From: Heptranchias perlo
Lineage: Eukaryota
Reading direction: 5' to 3'
Assembly: GCF_035084215.1 (NCBI RefSeq)
Contig: NC_090370.1
Coordinates: 7,440,001-7,504,000, forward strand
Length of the DNA: 64,000 nucleotides
The notes beneath the pieces are model-generated. The model searched no databases. It saw nothing but the letters and a program-made list of their open reading frames with translations, and was not told the origin of the DNA. Of the stretch, positions 1 to 11,506 are shown one piece after another (positions within the stretch are counted from its first letter, which is position 1; every line of letters begins with the position of its first letter). The translations under genes and the position numbers were made by a program.

Positions 1-195
1 CTTGGGCACAGTGCCTGTGTTCTGATGATTGGTCTGCAGTGCCCCCCGAATACTTCAGAGGCTGACGGACCTGCTGTGTATTTCCAGCACTTTCTGTTCT
101 CATTTTAATAATTCATAATTGTTATCAATGTCGCTGTGTTTAATGATGAGATTAACAGCTTTTTAATGTCAGGGCAAGAAGCAATTACTTCTAAT

Positions 196-1085
196 AAAAC
201 TGAACTTCCCTTCCTGGCCCCCATGCTAGCTGATATTATTAATGGTTCCCTCTCCTCTGGTACTGTCCCCCTCCATTTCATATCAGCTATCATCACCCTC
301 CTCCTCAAAAAACCCACCCTTGACCCTCTGTCCTTGCAAACTACCGCCCCATCTCCAACCTCCCTTTCCTCACCAAAGTCCTTGAACGTGCTGTCGCCTG
401 CAAAATCTGTGCCCATCTTTCCCGCAACTCCATGTTTGGACCTCTTCCATCAGATTTCTGCCCCTGCCACAGTACTGAAACGGCCCTAATCAAAGTCACA
501 AATGACATCCTACGTGATTTATCATGGTAAATTCCTCCTCCTTCTTGACCTGTCTTCAGCCTTTGACACAGTTGACCACACCATCCTCCTCCAACACCTC
601 TTCTCCTTTGGTTAGCTGAATGGGACTGCCCTCTCCTGGTTCCATTCCTATCCGTCCAGTCATGGCCAGAGAATTTCCTGCACCATTAGCTCTGGAGTCT
701 CCCAAGGATCTATCCTTGGACCCCTCCTATTTCTATCTACCTGCTGCTCCTCAGCGACATCATCCGAAAACGCAACGTCAGATTCCACATGTACACTGAT
801 GACACCCTCCTCCACCTCATGCCTTTTTTATCTCTAGACTCCACTATTCCAATGCTCTCTTGGCCGGCCTCCCGCCTTCCACCCTCAATAAACTTCAGCT
901 CATCCAATACTCTGCTGCACATATCCTAACTCGCATCAAGTCACGTTCACCCATCACCCCTGTGCTCGATAACTTACGTTGACTCCTGGTTTGGCAACAA
1001 CTCGAATATAAATTTATCATCCTTGTGTTCAAATCAATCAATGGCATCGCCCTCCCTATCTCTGTAACCTCCTGCAGCATTACAA
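196..1085 (+). mobile_element. L2-clade LINE fragment (decayed RT), 5' part, in keratin intron 8
   Basis: [20 protein letters not shown]...[27 protein letters not shown] and [13 protein letters not shown] remnants with frameshifts. The element resumes at ~3338 after a nested insertion. Confidence 0.8.
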
Positions 1086-3336
1086 TTTTTAAAAATTCAT
1101 TCATGGGATGTGGGCGTCGCTGGCAAGGCCAGCATTTATTGCCCATCCCTAATTGCCCTTGAGAAGGTGGTGGTGAGCCGCCTTCTTGAACTGCTGCAGT
1201 CATAGAGTCATTGAGTTATACAGCACGGATAGATGCCCTTCGGCCCATCGTGTCCGCGCCGGCCATCAAGCCCTGTCTTCTCTCATCCCATATTCCAGCA
1301 TTTGGTCCGTAGCCTTGTATGCTATGGCATTTCAAGTGCTCATCCAAATGCTTCTTGAATGTTGTGAGGGTTCCTGCCTCCACAACCCTTTCAGGCAGTG
1401 AGTTCCAGACTCCAACCACCCTCTGGGTGAAAATGTTCTTTCTCAAATCCCCTCTAAACCTCTCGCCTTTTACCTTGAATCTATGTCCCCTTGTTATAGA
1501 ACCCTCAACGAAGGGAAAAAGCTCCTTAGTATCCATCCTATCTGTGCCCCTCATAATTTTGTACACCTCAATCATGTCCCCCCTCAGCCTCCTCTGCTCC
1601 AAGGAAAACAAACCCAATCTTCCCAGTCTCTCTTCATAGCTGAAGCGCTCCAGCCCTGGTAACATCCTGGTGAATCTCCTCTGCACCCTCTCCAAAGCGA
1701 TCACATCCTTCCTGTAGTGTGGCGACCAGAACTGCACACAGTACTCCAGCTGTGGCCTAACCAGTGTTTTATACAGCTCCATCATAACCTCCTTGCTCTT
1801 ATATTCTATGCCTCGGCTAATAAAGGCAAGTATCCCATATGCCTTCTTTACCACCTTATTCCGCCGCCTTCAGGGATCTGTGAACTTGCACACCAAGATC
1901 CCTCTGACCCTCTGTCTTGCCTAGGGTCCTCCCATTCATTGTGTATTCCCTTGCCTTGTTAGTCCCTCCAAAGTGTATCACCTCGCACTTTTCCGGGTTA
2001 AATTCCATTTGCCACTGTTCCGCCCATCTGACCAACCCATCTATATCGTCCTGCAGACTGAGGCTATCCTCCTCGCTATTTACCACCCTACCAATTTTTG
2101 TATCATCAGCGAACTTACTGATCATACCTTTTACATTCATATCCAAGTCATTAATGTAGACCACAAACAGCAAGGGACCCAGCACCGATCCCTGTGGTAC
2201 CCCACTGGCCACAGGCTTCCAGTCACAAAAACAACCTTCGACCATCACCCTCTGCCTTCTGCCACTAAGCCAGTTTTGTATCCAAAGTGCCAAGGAACCC
2301 TGGATTCCACGGGCTCGTACCTTCTTGACCAGTCTCCTGTGGGGGACTTCATCGAAGGCCTTACTGAAATCCATGTATACCACATCCACTGCGTTACCTT
2401 CATCCACACGCCTAGTCACCCCCTCAAAAAATTCAATCAAATTAGTCAGACATGATCTCCCCTTGACAAAGCCATGTTGACTATCCCTGATTAATCCTTG
2501 CTTCTCCAAGTGGAGACTAATTTTGTCCTTCAGAATTTTTTCAAATAATTTTCCTACCACTGATGTTAGGCTCACTGGCCTGTAGTTCCCCGGTTTTTCC
2601 CTACTCCCCTTCTTGAATAATGGTACTACATCAGCGGTTCTCCAGTCCTCTGGCACATCCCCTGTGGCCAGAGAGGTTCTGAATATATGTGTTAGAGCCC
2701 CCGCAATCTCCTCCATGTGGTGAAGGTACTCCAACAGTGCTGTGAGGGAGAGAGTTCCAGGATTTTGACCCAGCGACGGTGAAGGAACAGTGATATATTT
2801 CCAAGTCAGGATGGTGTGTGACTTGGAGGGGAACATGCAGGTGGTGTTGTTCCCATGCGCCTGCTGCCCTTGTCCTTCTAGATGATAGAGGTAGCGGGTT
2901 TGGGAGGTACTGTTGAAGAAGCCTTGGCAAGCTGCTGCAGTGCATCCTGTGGATGGTACACACTGCAGCAATGTGGCGCCGGTGGTGAAGGGAGTGAATG
3001 TTTAGGGTGGTGGATGGGGTGCCAATCAAGTGAGCTGCTTTGTCCTGGATGGCGTCGAGCTTCTTGAGTGTTGTTGGAGCTGCACTCATCCAGGCAAGTG
3101 GAGAGTATTCCATCACACTCCTGACTTGTGCCTTGTAAATGGGGGAAAGGCTTTGGGGAGTCAGGAGCTGAGTCACTTGCCACAGAATAACCAGCCTCTG
3201 ACCTGCTCTTGTAGCCACAGTATTTATGTGGCTGGTCCAGTTAAGTTTCTGGTCAATGGTGACCTCCAAGATGTTGATGGTAGGGGTTTCGGCGATGGTA
3301 ATGCCATTGAATGTAAAGGGGGCATTTGAATGTCAA
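1086..3336 (-). mobile_element. CR1/L2-group LINE 3' fragment ('family B', (TGAA)n tail), nested in the L2 and itself interrupted by a CR1
   Basis: Minus-strand peptide [24 protein letters not shown]...[16 protein letters not shown]...HHHLLKGN and 3' end cacatcccatgaatgaat. Uninterrupted in units 2-4. Confidence 0.8.
1202..2711 (-). mobile_element. Young 5'-truncated CR1 LINE (~1.5 kb, RT domain), present only in unit 1
   Basis: NYRPVSLTSVVGK, SQHGFVKGRSCLTNL, DVVYMDFSKAFD, GVPQGSVLGPLLF, KFADDTKIG, LEYCVQFWSP. One frameshifting deletion at ~1855. The 3' tail ACTCAATGACTCTATG is a CR1-type octamer. Empty site ctgcagtccgtgtggtg in the other units. Confidence 0.92.
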
Positions 3337-3337
3337 A

Positions 3338-3631
3338 GCTCTGAGATCGCTGCACTCCTCCAATTCTGGCCTCTTACGCATCCCCGATTTCCATCGCCAG
3401 TGGCGGCCGCGGTCAGCTGCCTAGGCCCTAAGTTCTGGAATTCCCTCCCTAAACCTATCCGCCTCTCCACCTCCTTTAAGACGCTCCTTAAAACCTACCT
3501 TTTTGAGCAAACTTTGGGTGTCCTGTCCTAATTTCTCCTTATGCGGCTCGGTGTCAAATTTTGTTTGATGATCACTCCTTGCCTTGGGCTGTTTTACTAC
3601 ATTAAAGGCGCTATATAATTGCAAGTTGTTG
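3338..3631 (+). mobile_element. L2-clade LINE 3' end (continuation of 196-1085)
   Basis: [16 protein letters not shown] peptide and terminal ggcgctatataattgcaagttgttg tail. Confidence 0.75.
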
Positions 3632-3678
3632 TACTTGTACTTTTAATTGATTTTAAGGGTGTTTTTCCCCCTTTACAG

Positions 3679-3866
3679 GTAATTTTCAGGATTTTAGTTC
3701 AATGAGTGGTGGAATAACTGGATATGTCCAAAGCAGCGGGCATGGCATGGAAACCTCTAATGTTTCAGGAGGCAAATCTGGTTTCAGTAGTGGCGGAGGT
3801 GTCAGCAAAACCTTGATTGTGAAATCAGTGGAGCATACCAGTGGTGGATATACAAGTACATCTTGA
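3679..3866 (+). CDS. Type II keratin copy 0, terminal exon 9 (tail A); exons 1-8 lie upstream of the window
   Basis: Acceptor tttttccccctttacag|GT. The phase-1 frame reads (G)[61 protein letters not shown], identical to exon 9 of copies 1-3. Followed by AATAAA at 4275-4280. Confidence 0.85.
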
Positions 3867-4274
3867 ATCAATGAGGGATAAACTCGTGCCAGCAATGTCT
3901 CTTACTGGCCCACATTTTCAGAGGCTGTATTTCCTCTACCTGCTGATTTTAATGCAGTGGTTAACAGGTTTGGATTAACTTCATGTCTGCTATTTGGAAC
4001 ACCATCATTAACCTGTTCATTTTAAATAGTTAAACGACATGAAATTAACATCAATAGCTTAACCAGTGCACTAAAAACATCGCACAGAGAAAATTAAACC
4101 TAGTAAAGGCCTATAGTTTGGGTTTGTGGGAAAACCGGTCAAGAAACTCACACTTTATTTGTTGGCCCCTTTAAAATGGGAAATAAACCAAAGTTTTCGG
4201 TGCTGATGTCTGTTTCATGATTCTCTATCATTTTGTACTGGGGATTTATCTTTTATGACACTCCTGTTATACTG

Positions 4275-4280
4275 AATAAA
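4275..4280 (+). promoter_or_regulatory. Putative polyadenylation signal of tail-A keratins (also 18344, 32754, 47160)
   Basis: ctgAATAAAc ~410 nt after the stop codon, at the end of a 3'UTR block conserved with tail B. A second AATAAA lies ~95 nt upstream. Confidence 0.6.
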
Positions 4281-4662
4281 CTTCTAATCTACAAACCTGG
4301 ACTGCTTTTTGCTTAAGCACAATATTAAGTTAGTGAAAAGAACAAGTTTCATACAGAGTGAATTTAAGAATTTTTAAATATTTAGCATTAAGGTTGATGC
4401 AATGTTATGAAATGTAGAAAGATTACTTTGTGTATTCCATATAAAAAACACACCAGACCATTACTGCAATCAATCAGAGCATGGATCGAGATACAGTAAA
4501 GTCTAATAGCAATCTGAGCTCCACCTTCTCCTCCACCAATGATGTTACTTTTTCCATCATCTGAGAATACCAACACTGGACATGAGATTTTTTTGAATTT
4601 CCAGAACATTCTCCTTTCCCAATGGTCACAATCCAGCTTGTGTATCAAATAAGCAGCCCACC

Positions 4663-5040
4663 TCATAGAATCAGAGAATGATACGGCACAGAAGGAGGCC
4701 ATTCAGCCCATTGTGCCTGTGCCGGCTCTTTAAAGAGCTATCCAATTAGTCCCACTTCTCTGCTCTTTCTCCGCAGCCCTGTAATTTTTTCCCCTTCAAG
4801 TATTTATCCAAGTCCCTTTTGAAAGTTATTATTGAATCTGCTTCCACCACCCTTTCAGGCAGTGCATTCCAGATCATAACAACTCGCGGTGTAAAAAAAC
4901 ATGTCCTCATGTCGCCTCTGCTTCTTTTGCCAGTCACCTTAAATCTGTGTCCTCTGGTTACCAACCCTTCTGCCACTGGAAACAGTTTCTCCTTATTTGC
5001 TCTATCAAAACCATTCATGATTTTGAACACCTCTATCAAA
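4663..5040 (-). mobile_element. CR1 LINE 3' fragment
   Basis: LIEVFKIMNGFDRANKEKLFP...TRGHRFKV...FFTPRVVMIWNALPERVVEA with an attctctgattctatg tail. A shorter related fragment lies at ~5230-5372. Confidence 0.8.
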
Positions 5041-5639
5041 TATCTATGGGCTAGTGTAAGATGCATTAGGTTAGAACACTGGCCCTGGGGCCTGTCTTCA
5101 AATCCAGTCCAGACTGATCGAGGAAACTATCCTTTATCTACTAGCTGTAAGTGTCCTACATAAAATGGGTTTGTGCCGTCTCTACCCTGTTCCAAATAAG
5201 TATAGGCCGACAGTACAAAACGGTCCCTAATCATAGAATGGTTACAGCACAGAAGGAGGCCATTCGGCCCATCGAGCCCGTGGCAGTTCTTTGTAAGAAC
5301 AATCCAGTTAGTCCCCTTCTCTTACCCCATAGTCCTGTAAACTTTTTCCCTTCAAGTATTTATCCAATTCCTTTGCAGCAATAAACACTAAGTAAGCAGC
5401 CTCACTCAGTGAGGCCACAGGATAGCTTGTGTGAAATATCATACCGATGCAGTAATGCCATAGGGACTGAGGCACATTCTTGGGGCAGAGAAAAGGAGCT
5501 CTACTCTGTATCAAGCCATGCTTCCAAAACTGACCTGGGCATGTTTGATATCGACTGGGTAACCAAAATGGAAAGTGTTACATTCCCCAGCACTAACATT
5601 TGTTTAGATTAACTTACAGTATAACTCAGGGAATCCATA

Positions 5640-6620
5640 AGGAATGGGCCACACAATGGCAAATGGCATTTAACTTAGATAAATGTCATGTCATGCATGT
5701 TGGTATGACCAACACAGAATACATTTATCATTTACAGGGAACAACACTGAAAGAGATAAAATGATCGAGGTGTTATTGTGCACAGATCACTGAAGGTTCA
5801 TGACCAATGTAGAGAAGTTGTAGCTAAAGTTAACAGGGTGTTGGGGTTTTATTAATAGAACCATTCAGTATAAATCAAAGGACACCATTCTGTCATTATA
5901 CAGGTCACTTGTACTGTGCCCAGTTTTGGTTCCCCCACATGGTGGGTGATGAATGGTCTTGGAAAAGGTTCAGAGGAGAGCTACAAGAATGGTTCCTATC
6001 TTCAACAATCATAGTCACTCATTGGGGTTAAAGAGCTGGGTCAATTTATGTGAAAAGAGCGTAGGCTTAAAGGTGACCTGATAGAGGTCTATAAAATAAT
6101 TAAAGGCTGGATAGCGTCCCTATCAATAGATTATTCCAATTAAACAGATTGGGGAGGACCAGGGGACAGGAATTTAAACTATATAAGAGTGGGAATAGAC
6201 TGATAGATTGGATGTTAGGCGGTTCTTCTTTTCCCAGAGAGTAGTGAGTCTCTGGAACACATTGCTGGCTCTCTGCTTTCAATGGGAAGCTGGACAGGTT
6301 CTTGACTGGGGCAGAGGTCGAATCGTATGGAAGGTAAATGGCTTGATAGATAACACTTGGTCCATGTAATTTCCTGGTTTGGTTTAGATTGCCTGAGGGG
6401 GTCAGAGAAGAATTTTGCAGAGCAGTTTTTCCCTTATTAGCCCTGGGTTTTCACCTCTCCCAGAAGATTACATGCCTGCAGAGGGGGTGGGAAGTTGTGG
6501 GCTTGGGGGGGTTGGTGTGGGGAGGGTTTTTAGGAAGTGTCTGGTCATGATGCTCCAGCCGTCATGAGTGTGGGACAGGCTTGATGGACCAGCTGGTCAT
6601 TTCCAGCCTGTTATTTTCAT
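5640..6620 (+). mobile_element. Old decayed CR1 LINE 3' fragment
   Basis: Remnants of WQMAFNLDKCHVMH, YCAQFWFP, LEKVQRRATRM and LKGDLIEVYKIIKG with many indels. Ends in a ttcatatgtttgtatg-type tail that was hit by the Penelope insert. Confidence 0.7.
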
Positions 6621-6834
6621 ATGTAAGGAATCTTACAACACCAGGTTATAGTCCAACTGTTTTATTTGAAAATCACAAGCTTTCGGAGGCTTTCTCCTTC
6701 GTCAGGTGAGTGTGGGATTGCATGGAAGCCTCCGAAAGCTTGTGATTTTCAAATAAAACAGTTGGACTATAACCTGGTGTTGTAAGATTCCTTACATTTG
6801 TCAACCCCAGTCCATCACCGGCATCTCCACATCA
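6621..6834. mobile_element. Penelope-like element remnant (inverted pLTR fragments, palindromic), unit 1
   Basis: Perfect 72-bp inverted arms at 6621-6692 and 6726-6797 with a 33-nt spacer. The + arm continues to ...ccagtccatcaccggcatctccacatca. A 16-bp direct repeat TGTTATTTTCATATGT lies at 6609-6624 and 6835-6850. Confidence 0.8.
6673..6709 (-). ncRNA. Minimal type I hammerhead ribozyme motif (Penelope-associated), unit 1
   Basis: Minus strand UCAC-CUGACGA-A-GGAG(AAAGC)CUCC-GAAA-GC-UU-GUGA: core CUGANGA and GAAA, stem II GGAG/CUCC, stem I UCAC/GUGA, palindromic AGCU stem III. Confidence 0.7.
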
Positions 6835-7049
6835 TGTTATTTTCATATGTTTGTATGCAGGGTAAGACGTCATAATCTCTGATGTTGGAATCACACAAAG
6901 AGTAATCAATAACTGGAATGGTCTTTTTGGTTCGGAAATGGAATCAAAAACTTTGTCCTTGTTCAAGAGGCAATTGTATGGTCTGGAGGGTCATAAACTT
7001 CTATGGAAGGTAGATTTAGATGGGCTCAATGGCCCCCCTGCAATGTTCC

Positions 7050-7775
7050 AGAACTAGCTGTGCCTCTAGCCAAACTGTTCCAGTACAGCTACAACACTGG
7101 CATCTACCCGACAATGCGGAAAATTGCCCAGGTATGTCCTATCCACAAAAAGCAGGACAATTCCAATCCGGCCAATTACCGCCCCATCCGTCCACTCTCA
7201 ATCATCAGCAAAGTGATGGAAGGTGTCGACAACAGTGCTATCAAGCGGCACTTATTCACCAATAACCTGCTCACTGATATTCAGTTTGGGTTCCACCTGG
7301 ACCACTCAGCTCCAGACCTCATTACAGCCTTGGTCCAAACATGGACAAAAGATCTGAATTACAGAGGTGAGCTGAGAGTGACTGCCCTTGACATCAAGGC
7401 AGCATTTGACTGAGTGTGGCACCAAGGAGCCCGAGTAAAATTGAAGTAAAAGGGAATCAGGGGGAAAACTCTCCAGTGGCTGGAGTCATACCGAGCACAA
7501 AGGAAGATATTAGTGGTTGTTGGAGGCCAATCATCTCAGCCTCAGGACATTGCTGCAGGAGTTCCTCAGGGCAGTGACCTAGGCCCAACCATCTTCAGTT
7601 GCTTCATCAATTACCTTCCCTCCATCATTAGGTCAGAAATGGGGATGCAGCAAGACCTGGACAACATCCAGGCTTGGGCCGATAAGTGGCAAGTAACATT
7701 TGGGCCAGACAAGCGGCAGGGATGGGCAACAAATGCTGGCCTTGCCAGCGACACCCACATCCCATGAACGAGAAA
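7050..7775 (+). mobile_element. Family-B LINE fragment with internal deletions (RT remnants)
   Basis: NYRPIRPLSIISKVMEG, QFGF, ALDIKAAFD, GVPQGSDLGP, then a jump to the 3' end cacatcccatgaacg. Confidence 0.78.
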
Positions 7776-8379
7776 AACAAACCTACATTTGTGATTTTAG
7801 TGATACCAGTTTTTCAGGGACTATTTTCACCCTTTGTGAGATGCACTATGTGATCCCAGATCAGTCTGGGCATTTCAAATTTCCTGTAAGAATAAACTAA
7901 GAAAACCACTGAGAGTGAAATAGGAAAAATCAACATGAAAATACCCGTTAAAAATCCACTAACACAACAAATTGGTCCACAAGCTGCATTTGATTCCATC
8001 GGCCCAAATACCCAAGATCACAAACAACCAGATTGCATGGAATAGGAATATTCCTCCTCGGAATTGGCCACGTATATATGGATTCTCTTTTCCCTTTAAA
8101 TCATTCTTATTTAAACTATCTGTTCCCCACACTTCAGCAATCTTAAAGTTACCACTGGGTGAACAGGACGCACCAGGGATCCTGGTGTGCTTCCACACTA
8201 TACCAGCTGGTGGAGCTCTTGGGACATAGCAGACTGGGCATTTTATTGCTCTGGTGTTCGGCCAAGCGGTCGATTCGTTCAATCTGCTGTCACACTCTGC
8301 TGCTATCTATTCTGTGAACCTGAAAGAGCAAAAGCGAGTTTAATCCTCAGCTGATTGTGGCGAGGGAACTCTGCTACAA

Positions 8380-9045
8380 ACGACAACTTGCAGTTATATT
8401 GCGCTTTTAACGTGGTAAAACATCCCAAGGCGCTTCACAGGAGGGCAGTCAGATAAAAATTGACACCGAGCCACAGAAGGAGACATTAGGACAGGTGAAG
8501 AGGTAGGTTTTAAGGAGGGTTTTAAAATAGGAGAGAGAGGTAGAGAGGTTTAGGGTGGGAATTCCAGAGCTTAGGGCCTAGGCAGCTGAAGATATCACTG
8601 CCAATGATGGGGCGAAGGAAGTGGGGAGATGTACAAGAGGCCAGAATTGGAGGAGCGCAGAGATCTCGAAGGGTTGTAGGGCTGGAGGAGTTTACAGTGA
8701 TAAGGAGGGGCGAGGCCATGGAGGGATTTGAATACGAGGATGAGAGCTTTAAAATCGAGGTGTTCAGGGACTGGGAGCCAATGTAGGTCAGCGGGTACAG
8801 GGGTGATGGGCGAACGGGGTTTGGTGCAAGTTATGATACGGGCAGCAGAGTTTTGGATGAGCTCAACTTTATGGAGAGTGGAAGATGTGAGGCCGGCCAG
8901 GAAAGCATTGGGTTTTAGCAGCAGATGAGGCAGGGGCGGAGACAGGTGATAGCACAGAGGTGCAAGTAGGTGCTCTTTGTGATGGAGAGGATACGGGGTC
9001 GGAAGCTCACCTCAGGACCAATTATGACGCCCGGGTTGTGAACAG
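8380..9045 (-). mobile_element. L2-clade LINE 3' fragment
   Basis: Minus-strand IQNSAARII...LHWLPV...FKALILVFKSLHGLAPPY...SCLGPKLWNS and an L2-type tail (acaacttgcagttatat on +). Confidence 0.78.
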
Positions 9046-9406
9046 AAACATCAACTCTCACACGAGACTGACCATTCAATTGTGACAGAGGAGTGAAATC
9101 CCACCAACAATGGAACCACGATTTCAATCACACCTGACGGTTCTCCTCTATTCCCCAGTGCTCAAGGAGTATTTTAACCCTTTCTTCCCAGATGAGTCAA
9201 TGCTTCCTGGCCTAATAAACATTTCTCCCACTTTGGACTGTTCTAAAATAAGCCCGTTGCAATATTCTTTCCTGATTGACCAGAGACTGTTTATGATTAA
9301 CTCTTACACTTGAATTTCCGACTGGTCTGGAAAAGCTTTCGAAGATTGTTTTGATCCCAGACTGGGAAGGTTTCTTGGTTTTGCCTCTTTTGACAGTAAA
9401 ATGGTA

Positions 9407-10603
9407 GGTACAGCAAAGGAGGAGGCCATTCAGCCCATCGTGCCTGTGCCGGCTGGTTGAAAGAGCTATCCAATTAGTCCCATTCCCCTGCTCTTTCTCC
9501 ATAGCCCTGTACATTTTTCCCTTCAAGTATTTATCCAATTCCCATTTGAAAGTTACAATTGAATCTGCTTCCACCACCCTTTCAGGGAGTGAATTCCAGA
9601 TCATTACAACTCCTGCATAAAACATTGTTTCCTCGTGTTGCCCTTGGCTCTTTTGCGGAACACATTAAAAATGTGTCCTCTGGTCACCGATCCCTCTGCC
9701 ACTGGAAATAGTTTCTCCTTATTTACAAAGGAAGATGGTAGTGGTTGTTGGAGGCCAATGATCTGAGCCCCAGGACATTGCTGCAGGAGTTCCTCAGGGT
9801 AGTGTCCTCGGCCCAACCATCTTCAGCTGCTTCATCAATGACCTTCCCTCCATCATAAGGTCAGAAATGGGGATGTTCGCTGATGATTGCACAGTGTTCA
9901 GTTCCGTTCGCAACCCCTCAGATAATGAAGCAGTCGGTGCCTGCATGCAGCATGACCTGGACAACATCCAGGCTTGGGCTCATAAGTGGCAAGTAACATT
10001 CGCACCAGACAAGTGGCAGGCAATGACCATCTCAAACAAGAGTCGAACCACCTCCCCTTGACATTCAACGGCATTACCATCGCCAAACCCCCCACCATCA
10101 ACATCCTGGGGGTCACCATTGACCAGAAACTTAACTGGACCAGTCACATAAATACTGTGGCTACAAGAGCAGGTCAGAGGCTGGGTATTCTGCAGCGAGT
10201 ATCTCACCTCCTGACTCCCCAAAGCCTTTCCACCATCTACATGGCACAAGTCAGGAGTGTGATGGAATACTCTCCACTTGTCTGGATGAGTGCAGCTCCA
10301 ACAACACTCAAGAAGCTTGACACCATCCAGGACAAAGCAGCCCGCTTGATTGGCAGCCTATCCACCACCCTAAACATTCACTCCCTCCACCATCGTCGCT
10401 GGGTCAAAATCCAGGAACTCCCTTCCCAACAGCACTGTGGGAGAACCTTCACCACATGGACTGCAGCGGTTCAAGAAGGCGGCTCACCACCACCTTCTCA
10501 AGGGCAATTGGGGATGGCCAATAAATGCTGGACTTGCCAGCGACGCCCACATCCCATGAATGAATAAAAAAACTCTATCAATCCGTTCATGATTTTGAAC
10601 ACC
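9407..10603. mobile_element. CR1 3' fragment (-) split by a family-B LINE (+, ~9726-10572)
   Basis: CR1 sequence ...tttctccttattta| resumes as |ctctatcaatccgttcatgattttgaacacc (contiguous in the related copy at 4985-5030). The insert carries GVPQGSVLGP, MFADDCTV and a (TGAA)n/A tail. Confidence 0.8.
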
Positions 10604-10934
10604 ATTATGTTGGAGGTGAAATGACTTTTCTTCTGTTGCGGGTCCGCCAGCTGTAACCCCGCCCAAGCAAACAGTCTCAGAAACAGCCGCAGGGTGTGAC
10701 CGAGATGGGAGCTCAGACAATCCCTACATCACGATTTAACCCTTTATGTGCCGCAACATGCAGCTACCAACAGGGAAAAAGTGACTTAAAGATCGACAAA
10801 TCCATAAACTAATTTCTTTACGCACAGAAAGCAAGCGAGCTATTCATACACCAATAAAAGATCACCACCCACACTTAAAGCCGCGGAATGTCCCTCACTA
10901 ATGGACTATCCGATCTACTATCTCCATTTATAAT

Positions 10935-11117
10935 GATGTGGAGATGCCGGTGATGGACTGGGGTTGACAATTGTAAACAATTTTACAACACCAAGTTATA
11001 GTCCAACGATTTTTATTTGAAATCTACAAGCTTTCGGAGGCTTCCTCCTTCAGGTAAATGTCTGAAGGCTTGTAGATTTCAAATAAAATCGTTGGACTAT
11101 AACTTGGTGTTGTAAAA
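10935..11117. mobile_element. Second Penelope-like palindromic remnant, ~390 nt upstream of the keratin ATG (also 25001-25183, 39418-39600, 53837-54019)
   Basis: Same family 3' end in reverse (tgatgtggagatgccggtgatggactggggttgacaa). ~51-bp inverted arms at 10980-11031 and 11068-11118. 12-bp direct repeat TCCATTTATAAT at 10923-10934 and 11118-11129. The hammerhead core lacks 3 nt. Confidence 0.78.
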
Positions 11118-11340
11118 TCCATTTATAATAATGATGTCCACCGGAATTGGTGGGCTATCAAACAGCTCCTTCACATGGTCACTTGGAGCCGACCAGCTCT
11201 ACACACAGCTGATGGTCTGAAGGCAGGAGTCTGCTTCCAAGATCCACACATTTTTGCTGACGCCAAGTTGGCCTGTGGCAGTGAAAGCAATAACCAGGTG
11301 TTGCTGCCCGGCAAAGGGACAGGTTGGAACCCATGGGAGA

Positions 11341-11475
11341 GGGGGGCGGGTGGCCCCTCCTCTATATCGGCTGCTCCATTCCCATCCCTGTTATCTGACA
11401 CCCTGACCAAGCCCAGATCCACACAGCCCATAAAAGCAGCAAAAACCGCCCTCACCTCCACCAGTCCATCAGTTT
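11341..11475 (+). promoter_or_regulatory. Putative keratin core promoter (GC box, TATA-like CATAAAAG, Inr-like motifs); repeated before each copy
   Basis: GGGGCGGG at ~11343-11350, CATAAAAG at 11429-11436, CCAGTCC and TCAGTTT at 11461-11475, ATG at 11507. Confidence 0.5.
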
Positions 11476-11506
11476 CCGACTCTCCGCTCACTCAAACAAC
11501 AGCATC

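Noticed and set aside
1216-2971. 371-aa and 212-aa RT ORFs as a functional retroelement or host gene
   Set aside because: 5'-truncated with no endonuclease or ORF1, and frameshifted at ~1855. The N-terminus of the 371-aa ORF is read-through from the flanking older LINE.
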